The notes under the pieces are model-generated. The model was not told the DNA's origin, did no database searches, and worked only from the letters and a program-made list of their open reading frames with translations. A program made the position numbers and the translations under genes. Shown one piece after another: positions 1-13,267 of a stretch of 64,000 bases of DNA (positions within the stretch are counted from its first letter, which is position 1; every line of letters begins with the position of its first letter). The stretch is from Phycisphaerales bacterium (GTDB lineage: Bacteria; Planctomycetota; Phycisphaerae; Phycisphaerales; UBA1924). The stretch covers positions 480,001 to 544,000 of the forward strand of contig OZ245777.1 in the NCBI GenBank assembly GCA_965227775.1, given 5' to 3'.

Positions 1-911
1 TATCGATCGCCGCACCGACGACGGCCCACCGAGACCTGGCCGAGCGATGCATCAATGCTGGCGTGCACTGCCTGATCGAAAAGCCGCTGGCCGGCACCTC
101 GAAGGACGCCGAGGCCATCCGCGACCTGGCCGAGCAGCGCGGCGTGGTTCTCATGGTCGGGCACATCGAGCGGTTCAACCCGATCATGCGGGCGATGCAG
201 AGGGCGACGGCCGAAGACGATTCGATCACGCCTCGCTTCATCGAGGTGCACCGCGTCAGCCCGATGACCTTCCGCAGCGTCGACATCGGCGTGGTCATGG
301 ACATGATGATCCACGATCTGGACGTCGTGCTCATGCTCATGGGTGGGCAGGAGCCCGACGAGATCCAGGCCGCCGGCGTTGCGGTCGTGACCGAGCACGA
401 GGACATCTGCAACGCCCGGCTGACCTGGCGCAAGCCTGGCGGCGCGTGCGTAGCCAACATCACCGCCAGCCGCCTGGCGCTCAAGACCGAGCGCGTGACC
501 CGCATCACGGGCGAAAAGGCCTACATCAAGCTTGACTATGGCGCCAAAACGGGCGTGATCATCCGCCGCACGGCCAACGAGTTGCAGATGCAGGAGATCC
601 AGTCCCAGCTGCGCAGCGGCGTCGATCTGACCGACCTGAAGTGGGACGAGTTGGTCAACGTCGAGCAGCTCGAGATCGATGACGGCGAGCCCATCGTCAT
701 GGAGATCCGCGCGTTCCTCGACGCGATCCGCACCGGAAGCCCGCCGCCGATCGACGCCAAGGCCGGGTTCGCTAACGTGCGGACCGCCCAGCGCATCGTC
801 GAGGCCATCCGCTCGACCATGGGCGAGAATCTCGCCGCGTCCAATCCCAACATCGAAGGAGTGACCGGCCCGGGGCAGGAAGCACCCGTCGGCCGACCCA
901 CCAATCGCTGA
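1..911 (+). CDS. Gfo/Idh/MocA family oxidoreductase (5'-truncated by the window edge)
   Basis: The frame is open from the window start (SIAAPTTAHRDLA...). It carries HCLIEKP, VGHIERFNP and DMMIHDLD motifs. Confidence 0.88.
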   Translation, partial: SIAAPTTAHRDLAERCINAGVHCLIEKPLAGTSKDAEAIRDLAEQRGVVLMVGHIERFNPIMRAMQRATAEDDSITPRFIEVHRVSPMTFRSVDIGVVMDMMIHDLDVVLMLMGGQEPDEIQAAGVAVVTEHEDICNARLTWRKPGGACVANITASRLALKTERVTRITGEKAYIKLDYGAKTGVIIRRTANELQMQEIQSQLRSGVDLTDLKWDELVNVEQLEIDDGEPIVMEIRAFLDAIRTGSPPPIDAKAGFANVRTAQRIVEAIRSTMGENLAASNPNIEGVTGPGQEAPVGRPTNR

Positions 912-1054
912 TCAGGCCGACGCACCGCCAGGGCGACCCGCTCAACGGCGCACCAGCCTTGCTCGCCCGCACGGACGCAACTTCCGCTAGACTTCCCCCC
1001 GTTCCGGTGGCGTCGCCCGCCGGTCGCACGCTCACCCGTCCGAGACCCAACGCC

Positions 1055-2434
1055 ATGGCCGACCAGCAGCCCAGCACGACCCAGAGCCCCTCGCCGACGC
1101 CTCCCGCCGATTCGGCTCCGAAGCCCGAACCGACGACCCAGGCTCCCGAGACCATGCCCAAGACCGAGGCGCTCAGCGACGAGCTATCGAAGCAGATCGA
1201 CGCGGCCATGGAAGCGTCGACCCCGCCGGCAGACGGCGCGCCAGGCGGCGGCTCGGGCAAGCAGCCCGGTCAGGGCGGCATCCGCGGACCGCGCGTTGTC
1301 GGCGGGCAGGGCCGGCCCAACCTCCGCGAGGGCAAGGTCGTCAACGTCACAGAGAGCGACATCTTCCTCGAGTTTGGCCCCAAGGAACTCGGCATCGTCT
1401 CACGCGACCAGTGGCGCGAGGGCGAGAACCTGCCCGAGGCCGGCCAAGACCTGGAAGTGATCGTCGAGCGATTCGACAAGGCCGAGTCGATCTACGTGTG
1501 CGCCCGCCCCGGCGCCATCCGCAAGGCCATCTGGGACACGCTGCAAAGCGGCCAGGTCGTCGAGGCGACGTGCGTGGGCACAAACAAGGGCGGGCTCGAG
1601 ATGGAACTCGCCGGCGGGCACCGCGCGTTCCTGCCAGCCAGCCAAGTTGCCATCGAGCGTGTGAACGACCTGGACAAGTTCGTGGGCCAGAAGCTCGAGT
1701 GCGAGGTGCAGCGCGTCGAGCGGCGCGGCCAGGGCAACGTCGTGCTCAGCCGGCGGTCGATCCTCGAGAAGGAGCGCGCCAAGGAAGCCGAGAAGCTCAA
1801 GGACACGCTGGCGGTCGGCCAGGTGGTCGAGGGCACGGTGCAGCGCATCGCGCCGTTCGGCGCGTTCGTCGACATCGGCGGCATCGACGGACTCGTGCAC
1901 GTGTCGGATCTCTCACACGACCGCATCGGCCAGGGCGAGAACGCCGTGCGCAAGGTCGTGAAGGAGGGCCAGCAGGTCCGCGTCGAGATCCTGAAGATCG
2001 ACTGGGAGAACCAGCGCATCGGCCTTGGCATGAAGCAGCTCCAGGCCGACCCGTTCACCGAGAAGGTGGGCGAGATCGAGGAAGGCGCCGAGGTCTCGGG
2101 CCGCGTCACGAAGATCATGGACTTCGGCGCGTTCGTTGAGGTGGCCCCGGGCGTCGAGGGCCTCGTGCACATCTCTGAGCTCGACCACAAGCGCGTCAAG
2201 GCCGTGAGCGACGCGGTGAAGCCCGACGAGGTCGTGAACGTGAAGGTCCTGAGCATCGAGCCGGGCAAGCGTCGCATCAGCCTGAGCATCAAGGCGCTCA
2301 AGCCGGCCCCGGCCGGCGCGAAGGGCAAGGGCGAGCGTGGCCCGAGCGCCGACGAGATCCTGAAGGAGACGCCCCAGCTCCGCCGCCTTCGTGAGAAGTT
2401 TGGCAACAGCGGCTTCAAGGGCGGCCTGGGCTGA
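1055..2434 (+). CDS. S1 RNA-binding domain protein (short ribosomal protein S1-like, about 4 S1 domains, disordered N-terminus)
   Basis: Repeated S1 motifs FGAFVDIGGIDGLVHVSDLS and FGAFVEVAPGVEGLVHISEL. Start chosen at ATG 1055. Confidence 0.85.
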   Translation: MADQQPSTTQSPSPTPPADSAPKPEPTTQAPETMPKTEALSDELSKQIDAAMEASTPPADGAPGGGSGKQPGQGGIRGPRVVGGQGRPNLREGKVVNVTESDIFLEFGPKELGIVSRDQWREGENLPEAGQDLEVIVERFDKAESIYVCARPGAIRKAIWDTLQSGQVVEATCVGTNKGGLEMELAGGHRAFLPASQVAIERVNDLDKFVGQKLECEVQRVERRGQGNVVLSRRSILEKERAKEAEKLKDTLAVGQVVEGTVQRIAPFGAFVDIGGIDGLVHVSDLSHDRIGQGENAVRKVVKEGQQVRVEILKIDWENQRIGLGMKQLQADPFTEKVGEIEEGAEVSGRVTKIMDFGAFVEVAPGVEGLVHISELDHKRVKAVSDAVKPDEVVNVKVLSIEPGKRRISLSIKALKPAPAGAKGKGERGPSADEILKETPQLRRLREKFGNSGFKGGLG

Positions 2435-2455
2435 ATTCGTCTTGGAGCTTGAGGC

Positions 2456-2483
2456 AAGAACCCACGCGACGGCGTGGGTTCTT
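2456..2483. terminator. Hairpin between the convergent S1 gene and dut, probably a bidirectional terminator
   Basis: AAGAACCCACGC-gacg-GCGTGGGTTCTT forms a perfect 12-bp stem. Confidence 0.75.
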
Positions 2484-2947
2484 CATGCGCCGGCCGAAAT
2501 GCCCGTGGAGCCGAAGCCTTGTGCACCTCGGGCGGTCTCGTCGAGGTCGTCGACGACGACCACGTCGCACATGGCGACCGGGGCGATGACGAGCTGGGCG
2601 ATGCGGTCGCCGTGCTCGATGGTCTGGCGGTCCTTCGAGAGGTTGATCAGCGCAATGCGCAGCTCGCCGCGGTAGTCGGCGTCGATCGTGCCGGGCGCGT
2701 TGGGCACCGTGATGCCGCGCTTGGTGGCCAGGCCCGACCGCGGGCGGACCTGTCCCTCGAAGCCGTCGGGGATGGCGATCGCCAGGCCGGTGGGAACAAC
2801 GGCGATCTCGCCGGGTCCGAGTGTAATGCTGGGTGCCGCTTCGGGCAGGCACGCGCCGACGTCAAGACCAGCGGCCAGCGCGCTCTGGCGGCGCGGCACG
2901 GTCGCGCGCCCATCGAGCACGCGGAAACGAACCGGCGGGGGCGTCAT
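2483..2947 (-). CDS. dut: dUTP diphosphatase
   Basis: AAGLD, QVRPRSGLA, NAPGTIDADYRGE, RIAQLV and RGAQGFGSTG motifs. Confidence 0.96.
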   Translation of the reverse strand: MTPPPVRFRVLDGRATVPRRQSALAAGLDVGACLPEAAPSITLGPGEIAVVPTGLAIAIPDGFEGQVRPRSGLATKRGITVPNAPGTIDADYRGELRIALINLSKDRQTIEHGDRIAQLVIAPVAMCDVVVVDDLDETARGAQGFGSTGISAGA

Positions 2948-3243
2948 CGAGCGTGGGCCCAGCGGTGGCCGCTCTCGACCTGAGCCGAACTCGACAGGCT
3001 GGCAAGCTGGCGGTCGGCCGAGGCGATGATCCGTTCGGCCGACTGGATGGCGCGGTCGAGGCTGCTGACGCCGGCCACGCGCTTATAGGTGTCACCGCCA
3101 GGCCGCTGGGCCATGCGGGCCTCGCTCTCATCGCGAGCGTTGCGGAGCTCTAGCAGCGCCACCTCGGCCCGCGCACGCGTGGCGCGGAGTTCGGCCAGCA
3201 GCGTCGGCAGGTCGGGCTTCTTCGTTATGGTGGCGGTGGCCAT
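2944..3243 (-). CDS. Small helical hypothetical protein, translationally coupled to dut
   Basis: 99-aa ORF with typical codon usage. Its stop overlaps the dut start (ATGA). Confidence 0.65.
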   Translation of the reverse strand: MATATITKKPDLPTLLAELRATRARAEVALLELRNARDESEARMAQRPGGDTYKRVAGVSSLDRAIQSAERIIASADRQLASLSSSAQVESGHRWAHAR

Positions 3244-3372
3244 TGTGTGGTGGGGTCTCGCGTGCGGGCGTGGCTCTGCAGAGTTGGAGCGGCTCCGCGA
3301 TGGCGTGAACGCAAGTTTAGCCGTCTCTTGTTGGTCGGATCGCCTCCTGAGTTTCTACCTGCGTGTGCCGAA

Positions 3373-4989
3373 TTAGTGGTTTCCCGCACTCTCTCCGAGG
3401 CTGGGGATCCATCGCCGCAGCTCAGCAAGCACCGCATCGCGGTTGGTCGGGTCGGGCATGGCTCGGAGCGACCGCAGGGCCTCGAAGCCATCGGGCCAGC
3501 CCGAGCCGTCGCCGGCATCTCGCAACCGAAGCACGCCGGGGCAGGAAGTCTCGATCAGTTCTTCGGCCGCATGGACGAGCACCTCGTGCAGCTTCTCGCC
3601 GGGTCGGATGCCCGTCTCGATGATCGGGTGTTGGCCCGGGCCGGTGGTGCCCCCAGTCCAGGCAGCATCAAGGCCGTGGGCCCGGGCGAAGCGTTCGGCC
3701 AGCGTCGCGATCTCGACGGGCTCGCCCATGTCGAGCACGTAGACGCCGCAGCCCCCGTCAGACGAACCTTCATCCGGCTCGAGCGCACCTGCGTGGGCAA
3801 CCAGCAGCGCCGCCTCGCCGATGGTCATGAAGAACCTTGTCATGCGGCGGTCGGTGATGGTGATGGGCTGGCCCTCGGCGACCTGGGCACTCCAGATGCG
3901 CAGAACGCTCGCGGCCGAGCCCAGGACGTTGCCGAAGCGAACGATCGAGACGCGCGTCGGCCGGCCCTCCGCCCTGGACCGCGCATCGGCAGCGATGCCA
4001 TAAGCCTCGGCCAGCCGCTTGGTCGCGCCCATGACCGAGCGCGGCGCGACGGCCTTGTCGGTCGACACCAGCACGACGCGGTGCGCGCCGGCCTCGATGG
4101 CCGCGTCGACCAGCGCGGCCGTGCCCATCGCGTTGTTGGCGATGGCCTGGGCCGGGTGGTCTTCCATGAGCGGCACGTGCTTGTGCGCCGCGGTGTGGAA
4201 GACGATCTGGGGGCGCTCCTGGCCCAGCAAGCGCCGCGTGCCGGCGCGGTCGGCCACGTCGTGCAGCAGCGCGCGGCGGGCGACGTCGGGGTGCGCCCAC
4301 GCCAGTCGACGGTCGATCTCGAAGAGCGCGTTCTCGGCGCGCTCCATCAGGATCATCGACGCCGGCGAGAAGCGCGCGCACAGGCGGGCCAGCTCGCTGC
4401 CGATCGAGCCGCCCGCGCCGGTGACGAGCACGCGCTTGCCGTGGATGAGCTCGCGCAGCGGCGTCTCGTCGGTCTCGCGCATGGGCCGGCCGATGAGCGC
4501 CTGCAGATCGATGACCGGCGCGGTGCTCATAGTCGCGCCGGCTCTGGAATCGGGCGGCCCACCGAGCCCAACCAGCACCGGCGGCTGGCGCTTCAAGAGA
4601 TCAACGACCGGCGGCAGGAAGCGTTCCTCGAGCCCGGCCTCCTGGATCGCCTGACGCACGCGCGCGATGCCCGCGTGGTCGTCAAGCGGCAGGCTCACGA
4701 TTGCGACGCGCACGCCCATGTTCTCGCGGACGTTCTCGAGCGCTTCGAGCGAACCGAGGGTCGGCACGCCGATCAATCCAGTGTGCCCCCTCTCGCCGAT
4801 GCCGGTGAGCACGAGGCCGACGATCATGGGCCCGCCCTCGGGGATCGACCGGGCGGCCAGGGCAGCCGTTGTTGCATCGCCGATGATGACGCTGGGCACG
4901 CCCGCGAGGGGCAGGAGGCTACGGGCCGTTGCCCTGGTTGTGGGCGTGGGCGCGGCCCCGGGCGTGGCACTCTGGGCAAGCTGGCTCAT
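3373..4989 (-). CDS. CapD/PglF-like nucleoside-diphosphate sugar dehydratase (polysaccharide biosynthesis protein)
   Basis: VLVTGAGGSIGSEL, FHTAAHKHVPLME, VSTDKAV, MGATKR, VRFGNVLGS and GIRPGEKLHE motifs. Confidence 0.92.
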   Translation of the reverse strand: MSQLAQSATPGAAPTPTTRATARSLLPLAGVPSVIIGDATTAALAARSIPEGGPMIVGLVLTGIGERGHTGLIGVPTLGSLEALENVRENMGVRVAIVSLPLDDHAGIARVRQAIQEAGLEERFLPPVVDLLKRQPPVLVGLGGPPDSRAGATMSTAPVIDLQALIGRPMRETDETPLRELIHGKRVLVTGAGGSIGSELARLCARFSPASMILMERAENALFEIDRRLAWAHPDVARRALLHDVADRAGTRRLLGQERPQIVFHTAAHKHVPLMEDHPAQAIANNAMGTAALVDAAIEAGAHRVVLVSTDKAVAPRSVMGATKRLAEAYGIAADARSRAEGRPTRVSIVRFGNVLGSAASVLRIWSAQVAEGQPITITDRRMTRFFMTIGEAALLVAHAGALEPDEGSSDGGCGVYVLDMGEPVEIATLAERFARAHGLDAAWTGGTTGPGQHPIIETGIRPGEKLHEVLVHAAEELIETSCPGVLRLRDAGDGSGWPDGFEALRSLRAMPDPTNRDAVLAELRRWIPSLGESAGNH

Positions 4990-5107
4990 GGGTGGTGTAT
5001 CGGCCGGATGGCGCGGACAGCGGCAGTCGAGCACGGATATCCGAGTCTGGATTGCCAACTCCGCAATGGTAAAGCCGGGTGTGCATCAGTCGCGTTAGGA
5101 TCGTCTG

Positions 5108-5686
5108 ATGCTCGAATGGGCGGAGACCATCGCGGCGTGGCTGCTGGAGTTGCCCAAGGGGCAGAAGCTCGGAGTCATGTGGATTTCGGTGATCTACGTC
5201 GTGCCGATCCTCGTTGCCACCTCGTTCGCCGCGTCGATGCACAAGTGGATGGGACCGAGCGACCCCGTGAAGTGGTGGCGGAGGATCTCCGTCAAGCCGT
5301 ATCGCCAAGGGTTGCTTGCCAGCCGGCGGCGGGCGGTGACGGCCTCGCTGGTGCTCGCGGCTTGGAGCCTTCCGCTGCTGGTTGCCGTCGCTGTCGAGCA
5401 CGCCGCGTGGACGGCGCCCGAGGCCATCGCCGTGTACGAGCGATCCGTCGAGGCCGGCCAGACGTTCGACGATGCAACTCAGCAAGAAGGGGAGCATGAT
5501 CCCGCAACCTGGGCCAGCCACGGCCGGGTCTATCCGTGGGCGGTCCTTGGTTTCGTTCTGGCGATGGCCGTCGCGTTCCAGGTTTTCTTATGGCTCGGCT
5601 ATTGGAGGCACGCTGCCAGCGTGCAGGCATCTGCAGTCACGACCGATCGCGGTGGCTACGTCGGACCACCATCCCGAGTCGAGTGA
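5108..5686 (+). CDS. Hypothetical membrane protein (about 3 TM)
   Basis: Three hydrophobic segments. TAGGAT lies 6 nt before the ATG. Confidence 0.6.
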   Translation: MLEWAETIAAWLLELPKGQKLGVMWISVIYVVPILVATSFAASMHKWMGPSDPVKWWRRISVKPYRQGLLASRRRAVTASLVLAAWSLPLLVAVAVEHAAWTAPEAIAVYERSVEAGQTFDDATQQEGEHDPATWASHGRVYPWAVLGFVLAMAVAFQVFLWLGYWRHAASVQASAVTTDRGGYVGPPSRVE

Positions 5687-6336
5687 TCAGACGGGTGGTA
5701 GCCGCACTCGGGGCAGCGGATGGCGCCGTCGCTCGACGCCGATCCCGGAAGGCCCGAGAGGTCGTAGCCGCAGTTCATGCACAGGCCCTTGGTGAATCGA
5801 CCGACGGGCAGGAACGGGGCAAGGGCGAGCGCGGCGATGGCGCTGCCCAGGGGGATGACGCCCAGGACCATCGGCATCGCGGCGTCGCCCTGGGACAACA
5901 GGCCGACCCGGATCATCGCCAGGATGACCAATGGCGTGGCAACGGCGGCGGCCACGCCCGCGAGCGTCATCGCGGCCATCAGCATGTGCATCGAACGCGT
6001 GCCCAGCCGGGCGGCGGCGACGCCCAGGCCCGTGAGCTGGCCGTACCACACCGGCGTGACGAGGATGGCGACGAACGTGCCGATGACGACGGCGAAGCCC
6101 ATCGTCGAGCTCGGGTTTGCGTTGAGCCGGGCGTAGCCCGCGAGCAGGCACGCGGCCATGCCGACCGCGACGTAGAGCCACGCCCACGCGTAGGCCGGGC
6201 CGTCGCTGGCGAGCCGGTTCTTCGGGCCGCGCTTGTTGAGGATCAGCAGCGCGGCGATGCCCAGAGCGCCGGCCAGGAGCAGCGCGATGGCTGCCTGCGG
6301 CAGGCCCCAGCCCCACGACTCGCGGACGAGGTCCAT
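5656..6336 (-). CDS. Multi-pass membrane protein with C-terminal zinc ribbon
   Basis: About 5 TM segments followed by CMNCGYDLSGLPG...RCPECG. Confidence 0.75.
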   Translation of the reverse strand: MDLVRESWGWGLPQAAIALLLAGALGIAALLILNKRGPKNRLASDGPAYAWAWLYVAVGMAACLLAGYARLNANPSSTMGFAVVIGTFVAILVTPVWYGQLTGLGVAAARLGTRSMHMLMAAMTLAGVAAAVATPLVILAMIRVGLLSQGDAAMPMVLGVIPLGSAIAALALAPFLPVGRFTKGLCMNCGYDLSGLPGSASSDGAIRCPECGYHPSDHSTRDGGPT

Positions 6337-6348
6337 GGCTCGCGACTC

Positions 6349-6873
6349 CTACGAGGCCTCGTCGCTGCTGGGCCCATAGATCGAGGGCACCTTCACGCCC
6401 AGCTGGCGGAAGTACACGCTGAGGATCGCCCGGTGGTGGATGCTGTGGCTGATGACCCAGGCGCGGAACGCCGCGACGCGGGGCAGGCTGAAGAGGGCGG
6501 TGCCGTTGTCGCGCAGCTCCCAGGGTTCCATCAGCTTCTCGTCCTTGGCAGTCTCGATTGCCTTGGCGCCCGCGGCGACGTTGGCGTCGAACAGCTCGAG
6601 CATTGCTGCGACGCTTGTGAGCGTGGGCGTGTCGTAGGCCTCGCCGCCGGGCGGATTCATGTCGAAGAAGGGCTCGTGAAGGATGTTGGCCGCCCAGCCG
6701 GGCATCTCGCACAGGTGGGCGCCGTTCCAGGCGAGCGTGTGGCTGCGGTCGTCCATTTTCCAGTCGAGCCTGTCTTCTGGGATTCGCTCCAAGAGCTTGC
6801 GCGTGGTGGCCATCTCGTGGGTGAACTCTGGAAGGGTCATCTGGGCGTACTGGCCGATGGGCTGGCTGGACAT
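6349..6873 (-). CDS. DinB/YfiT family protein
   Basis: [16 protein letters not shown], a central H, and the C-terminal [25 protein letters not shown]. Confidence 0.88.
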   Translation of the reverse strand: MSSQPIGQYAQMTLPEFTHEMATTRKLLERIPEDRLDWKMDDRSHTLAWNGAHLCEMPGWAANILHEPFFDMNPPGGEAYDTPTLTSVAAMLELFDANVAAGAKAIETAKDEKLMEPWELRDNGTALFSLPRVAAFRAWVISHSIHHRAILSVYFRQLGVKVPSIYGPSSDEAS

Positions 6874-7063
6874 GTGGGGTCTCCCGTTTTTTCAGCGTAT
6901 CCAGGTGGGCTGCGAGGCGGGGTTGGAGCTGGTGCGAGGGCTCTCCACCTCTCGAGGCGGGAACACGGCAGGTTCGGGCGGTGATCGCAGCGTGGGCCGC
7001 GGCTTTCCTATCATTGGTGGAGAGAGTCCGCACCCCTTTTTGACCGCGAGGGACGCTTCATTG

Positions 7064-10000
<2,937 letters not shown>

Positions 10001-10045
10001 GTTCGACGCTCACGATCCGGCCGTCCGAGTGCCGATTTCTTGGGC

Positions 10046-10906
10046 ATGAAGATCCTGACCACCGCGATCGGACTCATGGCTCTTACCTTGGTGCTCGGGG
10101 TACACGCCGGCGGGCGCCAGGACTCAAAGATCCTCGAACGACACGAGTCGGGACCGTGGACGTTCGAGGTGTCTTTGATCTTGGGGACCGGCGAGAGGCT
10201 CGCCCGCATTCACCACGGCAACGACGTGCTCTGGGAAGGCGAGGGCATGTACATGGGCTGGGGATTTGAGGATGCCGAGGGCGAGCTTCGCGGCGTTGGC
10301 GACGACATCACGGGCGACGGAACGCCGGACGTGGTCCTCTGCCACAACCGTGGCGACGCACGGGGGCGCAACACGGTTCACCTGGTCTTTGACCTCGAAT
10401 CGATGGAACGCTGCACGATTCATGCTCGGGTCCAGGAACTCGGCAACGGCCGCTTCGAGGATCGGGATGGGGATGGCGCCTTCGAGTTCTACGAGCGCGA
10501 GGCCATCCGATCCGATCGCTTGTCACAGGCGATCGGCGTCTGGAGCCAATGGCCAGAGGTGTGCTACGTCTTTCGCGACAATGACCCGATTCGGGGCGGC
10601 CGCTACGCGATCGACGTCGATCGCATGCGGCGACCTCCCTTGCATCCCGACACGCTGCAGAAGCTGATCCAGGAACGGAACACGCCCTGGGATGGCGACA
10701 GCCCGCACAACTACGAGATTGGCCATGCGGCAGAGCAGGTCTTGGGGATGCTCGCGGAAGGCAACCACGAGCAAGCGTGGCAGTACTGGAACGCGGTTCG
10801 GCCTTGCATAGAGGAGATTTGGTCGTTCGAAGAGACAACGAACGACCTGAAGAAGCTGATCGAGGAGGGCCCATATCGACTTCTTTTGGAGAGCACGCGG
10901 GGGTAG
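10046..10906 (+). CDS. Secreted hypothetical protein with DxDGDG-type loops
   Basis: Signal-peptide-like N-terminus, plus DITGDGTPD and DRDGDG motifs. Confidence 0.65.
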   Translation: MKILTTAIGLMALTLVLGVHAGGRQDSKILERHESGPWTFEVSLILGTGERLARIHHGNDVLWEGEGMYMGWGFEDAEGELRGVGDDITGDGTPDVVLCHNRGDARGRNTVHLVFDLESMERCTIHARVQELGNGRFEDRDGDGAFEFYEREAIRSDRLSQAIGVWSQWPEVCYVFRDNDPIRGGRYAIDVDRMRRPPLHPDTLQKLIQERNTPWDGDSPHNYEIGHAAEQVLGMLAEGNHEQAWQYWNAVRPCIEEIWSFEETTNDLKKLIEEGPYRLLLESTRG

Positions 10907-10994
10907 TCGGGAAGCCAATCGTGGAGCAAGCGATCACGAGCCTGCTCCACGCTGTTCCGTAACAGGACGAGCACGAAGATTCCTAGCATGGCCG

Positions 10995-13196
10995 ATGATC
11001 ACGGCCATGCTTGTCGTTCTGGGCACCGTCGCTTCCACAAGTCTGGAAGATCCGGATCGATCTGCCCTGGTCGTTCCAGGCCATGCGTGGGCCGAGATCG
11101 ACGAGCATCTCGGGCTCGATGGAGCCAACCTCGGATACACCGCTGAAGAACTCTCGAGCTTCGGTCGTGATCTCCACGTTCTTCGCCCGGTGCTCAGGCA
11201 GTTTGCCGACGTGCGCCGGTCCTTGCGTTTCAGCGGGCGCTCCACCGACTTATTGCTGGACAACGCGATGTACGAGGACGAGTTCATCCGTCACGCGTTC
11301 GCACAGTTCCTCGACGAGAGCGTGGGACGTCGCATCCGCCTTCCGGGGCTCGACGCCCAGGGCACCAGCGGGGAGTTGCCAGATTCGTTCGATGCCTCGG
11401 CCCAGACCGGCGGATGGAACGTCTGGTGGCTCGAGGATCTGGACACAATGAACGCGTTGGTGTTCGCGCTCGATGAGATCGGGGCCAAGGACGTGCCCGG
11501 GCCACTGCTCGAGTTGACCGAGCCGGAGCAACGGCTGATCACCCGGCTGCTCGTGACGATCAGGGAGAGCACACGTTCCGTGACCAACGCGTTCGATCAA
11601 CCTTCGATCGCTCGGGCGAGGGAATCGGCGCAGGAGCAATTCGCCCACGACAGCGGCTATGCGGTCGCCATCGCACCGCGACTCGATTTGAAGGGGCAGT
11701 CGGTCGCGCGCCAACTGATGGACGTCGTGGGCACGACAGACCTCGGATACCTCGGCCACGCCGGCGTGTTTGCCGCCAAGAGCGTGCGCCTCGCGGTCGG
11801 CGAGTTCCACCGAGCGCAACCCGAGGGAGCGACGTTCACCGAGACCATCACCCTCGAGACCTCGGCCGGGCCGATCCTGATCGCTGGCGTGGGCGCGGAT
11901 GTTCACGCCCACGATCTTGCTCAAGGCCCGGCCCTCGTGATCGACTTCGGCGGCGATGATCGCTACGAGGGCGCGTTTGCTGTCAGCGACGGACTCCGCG
12001 ACCGCCCCGTATCAGTCTTGGTCGATCTTGGGGGACGCGACACGTACCTGCCGGGCGAACCAGAGGTGTGGATGCCCCGCGATGTTGCAGACGCCGAGAG
12101 CGAGGATCGATCCAGCCCGACGCTGGCGGCCGGCGTGTTCGGCCTTGGGATGTTGTGGGACCTCGGCGGCGAGAATGACACGTACGAGGCGATCGAGTCG
12201 TCCATGGGTGTCGGCATGCACGGCGTCGGCGTGCTGATCGACGACGGCGGGGACGACACGTACCTCGCCCGCAATAGCTGGGGTCAGGGTGTGGGGCACG
12301 TCGGGCTTGGGGCACTCATCGATCGCGGCGGCAACGATGCGTACACATCGGGGCGCAACTCACAGGCGCACGGCTCGACTCGGGGTGCCGGCGTCATCGT
12401 CGACCTCTCGGGCAACGACACGTACACCATCCCCGACACCACCGCGCGCAGCGAGTTGTATCTGGGCCGCGTGGTCGCGATGGGCCAGGGCTGCGGCTAT
12501 GGGCGACGAGCCGATCTGGGCGACAGCCGGTCGATGGCGGGCGGATTCGGCGTGCTCGTCGACGGCGCGGGTGACGACGAGTACAGCGCGATGGCATGGA
12601 GCCAGGGGGCAGGGTACTGGTGGGGCGTCGGCCTCCTCGAAGATCGCGGTGGCGACGACGTCTACCGCCAGGGCAAGTACAGCCAGGGCGCCGCGGCCCA
12701 CTTCGCCGTCGGCATCCACATCGATCTCCAGGGCAACGACACCTACAACGCGAACCCCGAACGGATGGTCAACCCATACACCGATCAGGAGCAGTGGATC
12801 GCCGAGAACCAATACGCGGGCCATGCTCGCGACGGGGCGTTGGGCATCTTTGTCGACGGCGCAGGAGATGACGCGTATGTCTTGCGCGCGAACTGCGCCG
12901 GGAGCGGCGACCTGAATTCGGTCGGCTTCTTCTGGGATCGATCCGGCAATGACCGCTACATAGGCCTGGAGATCAATCCGTCGCCCGGCAACGCGAACTG
13001 GAGCCGCCCGCCCCTGGGCACCATCACGATCTACCCCGAGTTGTTCCGGTCGTTTCGAGACGACTTGATGGCCTACGGCGTGTTCCTCGACACCGGCGGA
13101 ACCGACGTGTACGAGCGCCTCGAATCGCCCGCGCAAGATGAGCACGTGTGGCACGAGGCCCACCCGAACGGCCGCGCGGTAGGCATTGACCGCTAG
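10995..13196 (+). CDS. Secreted hypothetical protein with tandem G-x-G-h-h-h-D-x-x-G-[DN]-D-x-Y repeats
   Basis: About 12 repeats in the C-terminal half, e.g. GVGVLIDDGGDDTY, GLGALIDRGGNDAY, GFGVLVDGAGDDEY. Confidence 0.75.
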   Translation: MITAMLVVLGTVASTSLEDPDRSALVVPGHAWAEIDEHLGLDGANLGYTAEELSSFGRDLHVLRPVLRQFADVRRSLRFSGRSTDLLLDNAMYEDEFIRHAFAQFLDESVGRRIRLPGLDAQGTSGELPDSFDASAQTGGWNVWWLEDLDTMNALVFALDEIGAKDVPGPLLELTEPEQRLITRLLVTIRESTRSVTNAFDQPSIARARESAQEQFAHDSGYAVAIAPRLDLKGQSVARQLMDVVGTTDLGYLGHAGVFAAKSVRLAVGEFHRAQPEGATFTETITLETSAGPILIAGVGADVHAHDLAQGPALVIDFGGDDRYEGAFAVSDGLRDRPVSVLVDLGGRDTYLPGEPEVWMPRDVADAESEDRSSPTLAAGVFGLGMLWDLGGENDTYEAIESSMGVGMHGVGVLIDDGGDDTYLARNSWGQGVGHVGLGALIDRGGNDAYTSGRNSQAHGSTRGAGVIVDLSGNDTYTIPDTTARSELYLGRVVAMGQGCGYGRRADLGDSRSMAGGFGVLVDGAGDDEYSAMAWSQGAGYWWGVGLLEDRGGDDVYRQGKYSQGAAAHFAVGIHIDLQGNDTYNANPERMVNPYTDQEQWIAENQYAGHARDGALGIFVDGAGDDAYVLRANCAGSGDLNSVGFFWDRSGNDRYIGLEINPSPGNANWSRPPLGTITIYPELFRSFRDDLMAYGVFLDTGGTDVYERLESPAQDEHVWHEAHPNGRAVGIDR

Positions 13197-13267
13197 GCGT
13201 CTGGCTTCGTCGTGGAGACAAATTCGCTCGAGCTTCGAGCCTTAAGAGGCAAACGCGAGACGAGCCC

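Noticed and set aside
6874..7063. Glycine riboswitch upstream of gcvP
   Set aside because: Only a GGAGAG-like word is present. The CCGAAG and CTCTCAGG cores are missing, and a TATCAT -10-like motif sits only about 50 nt before the start.
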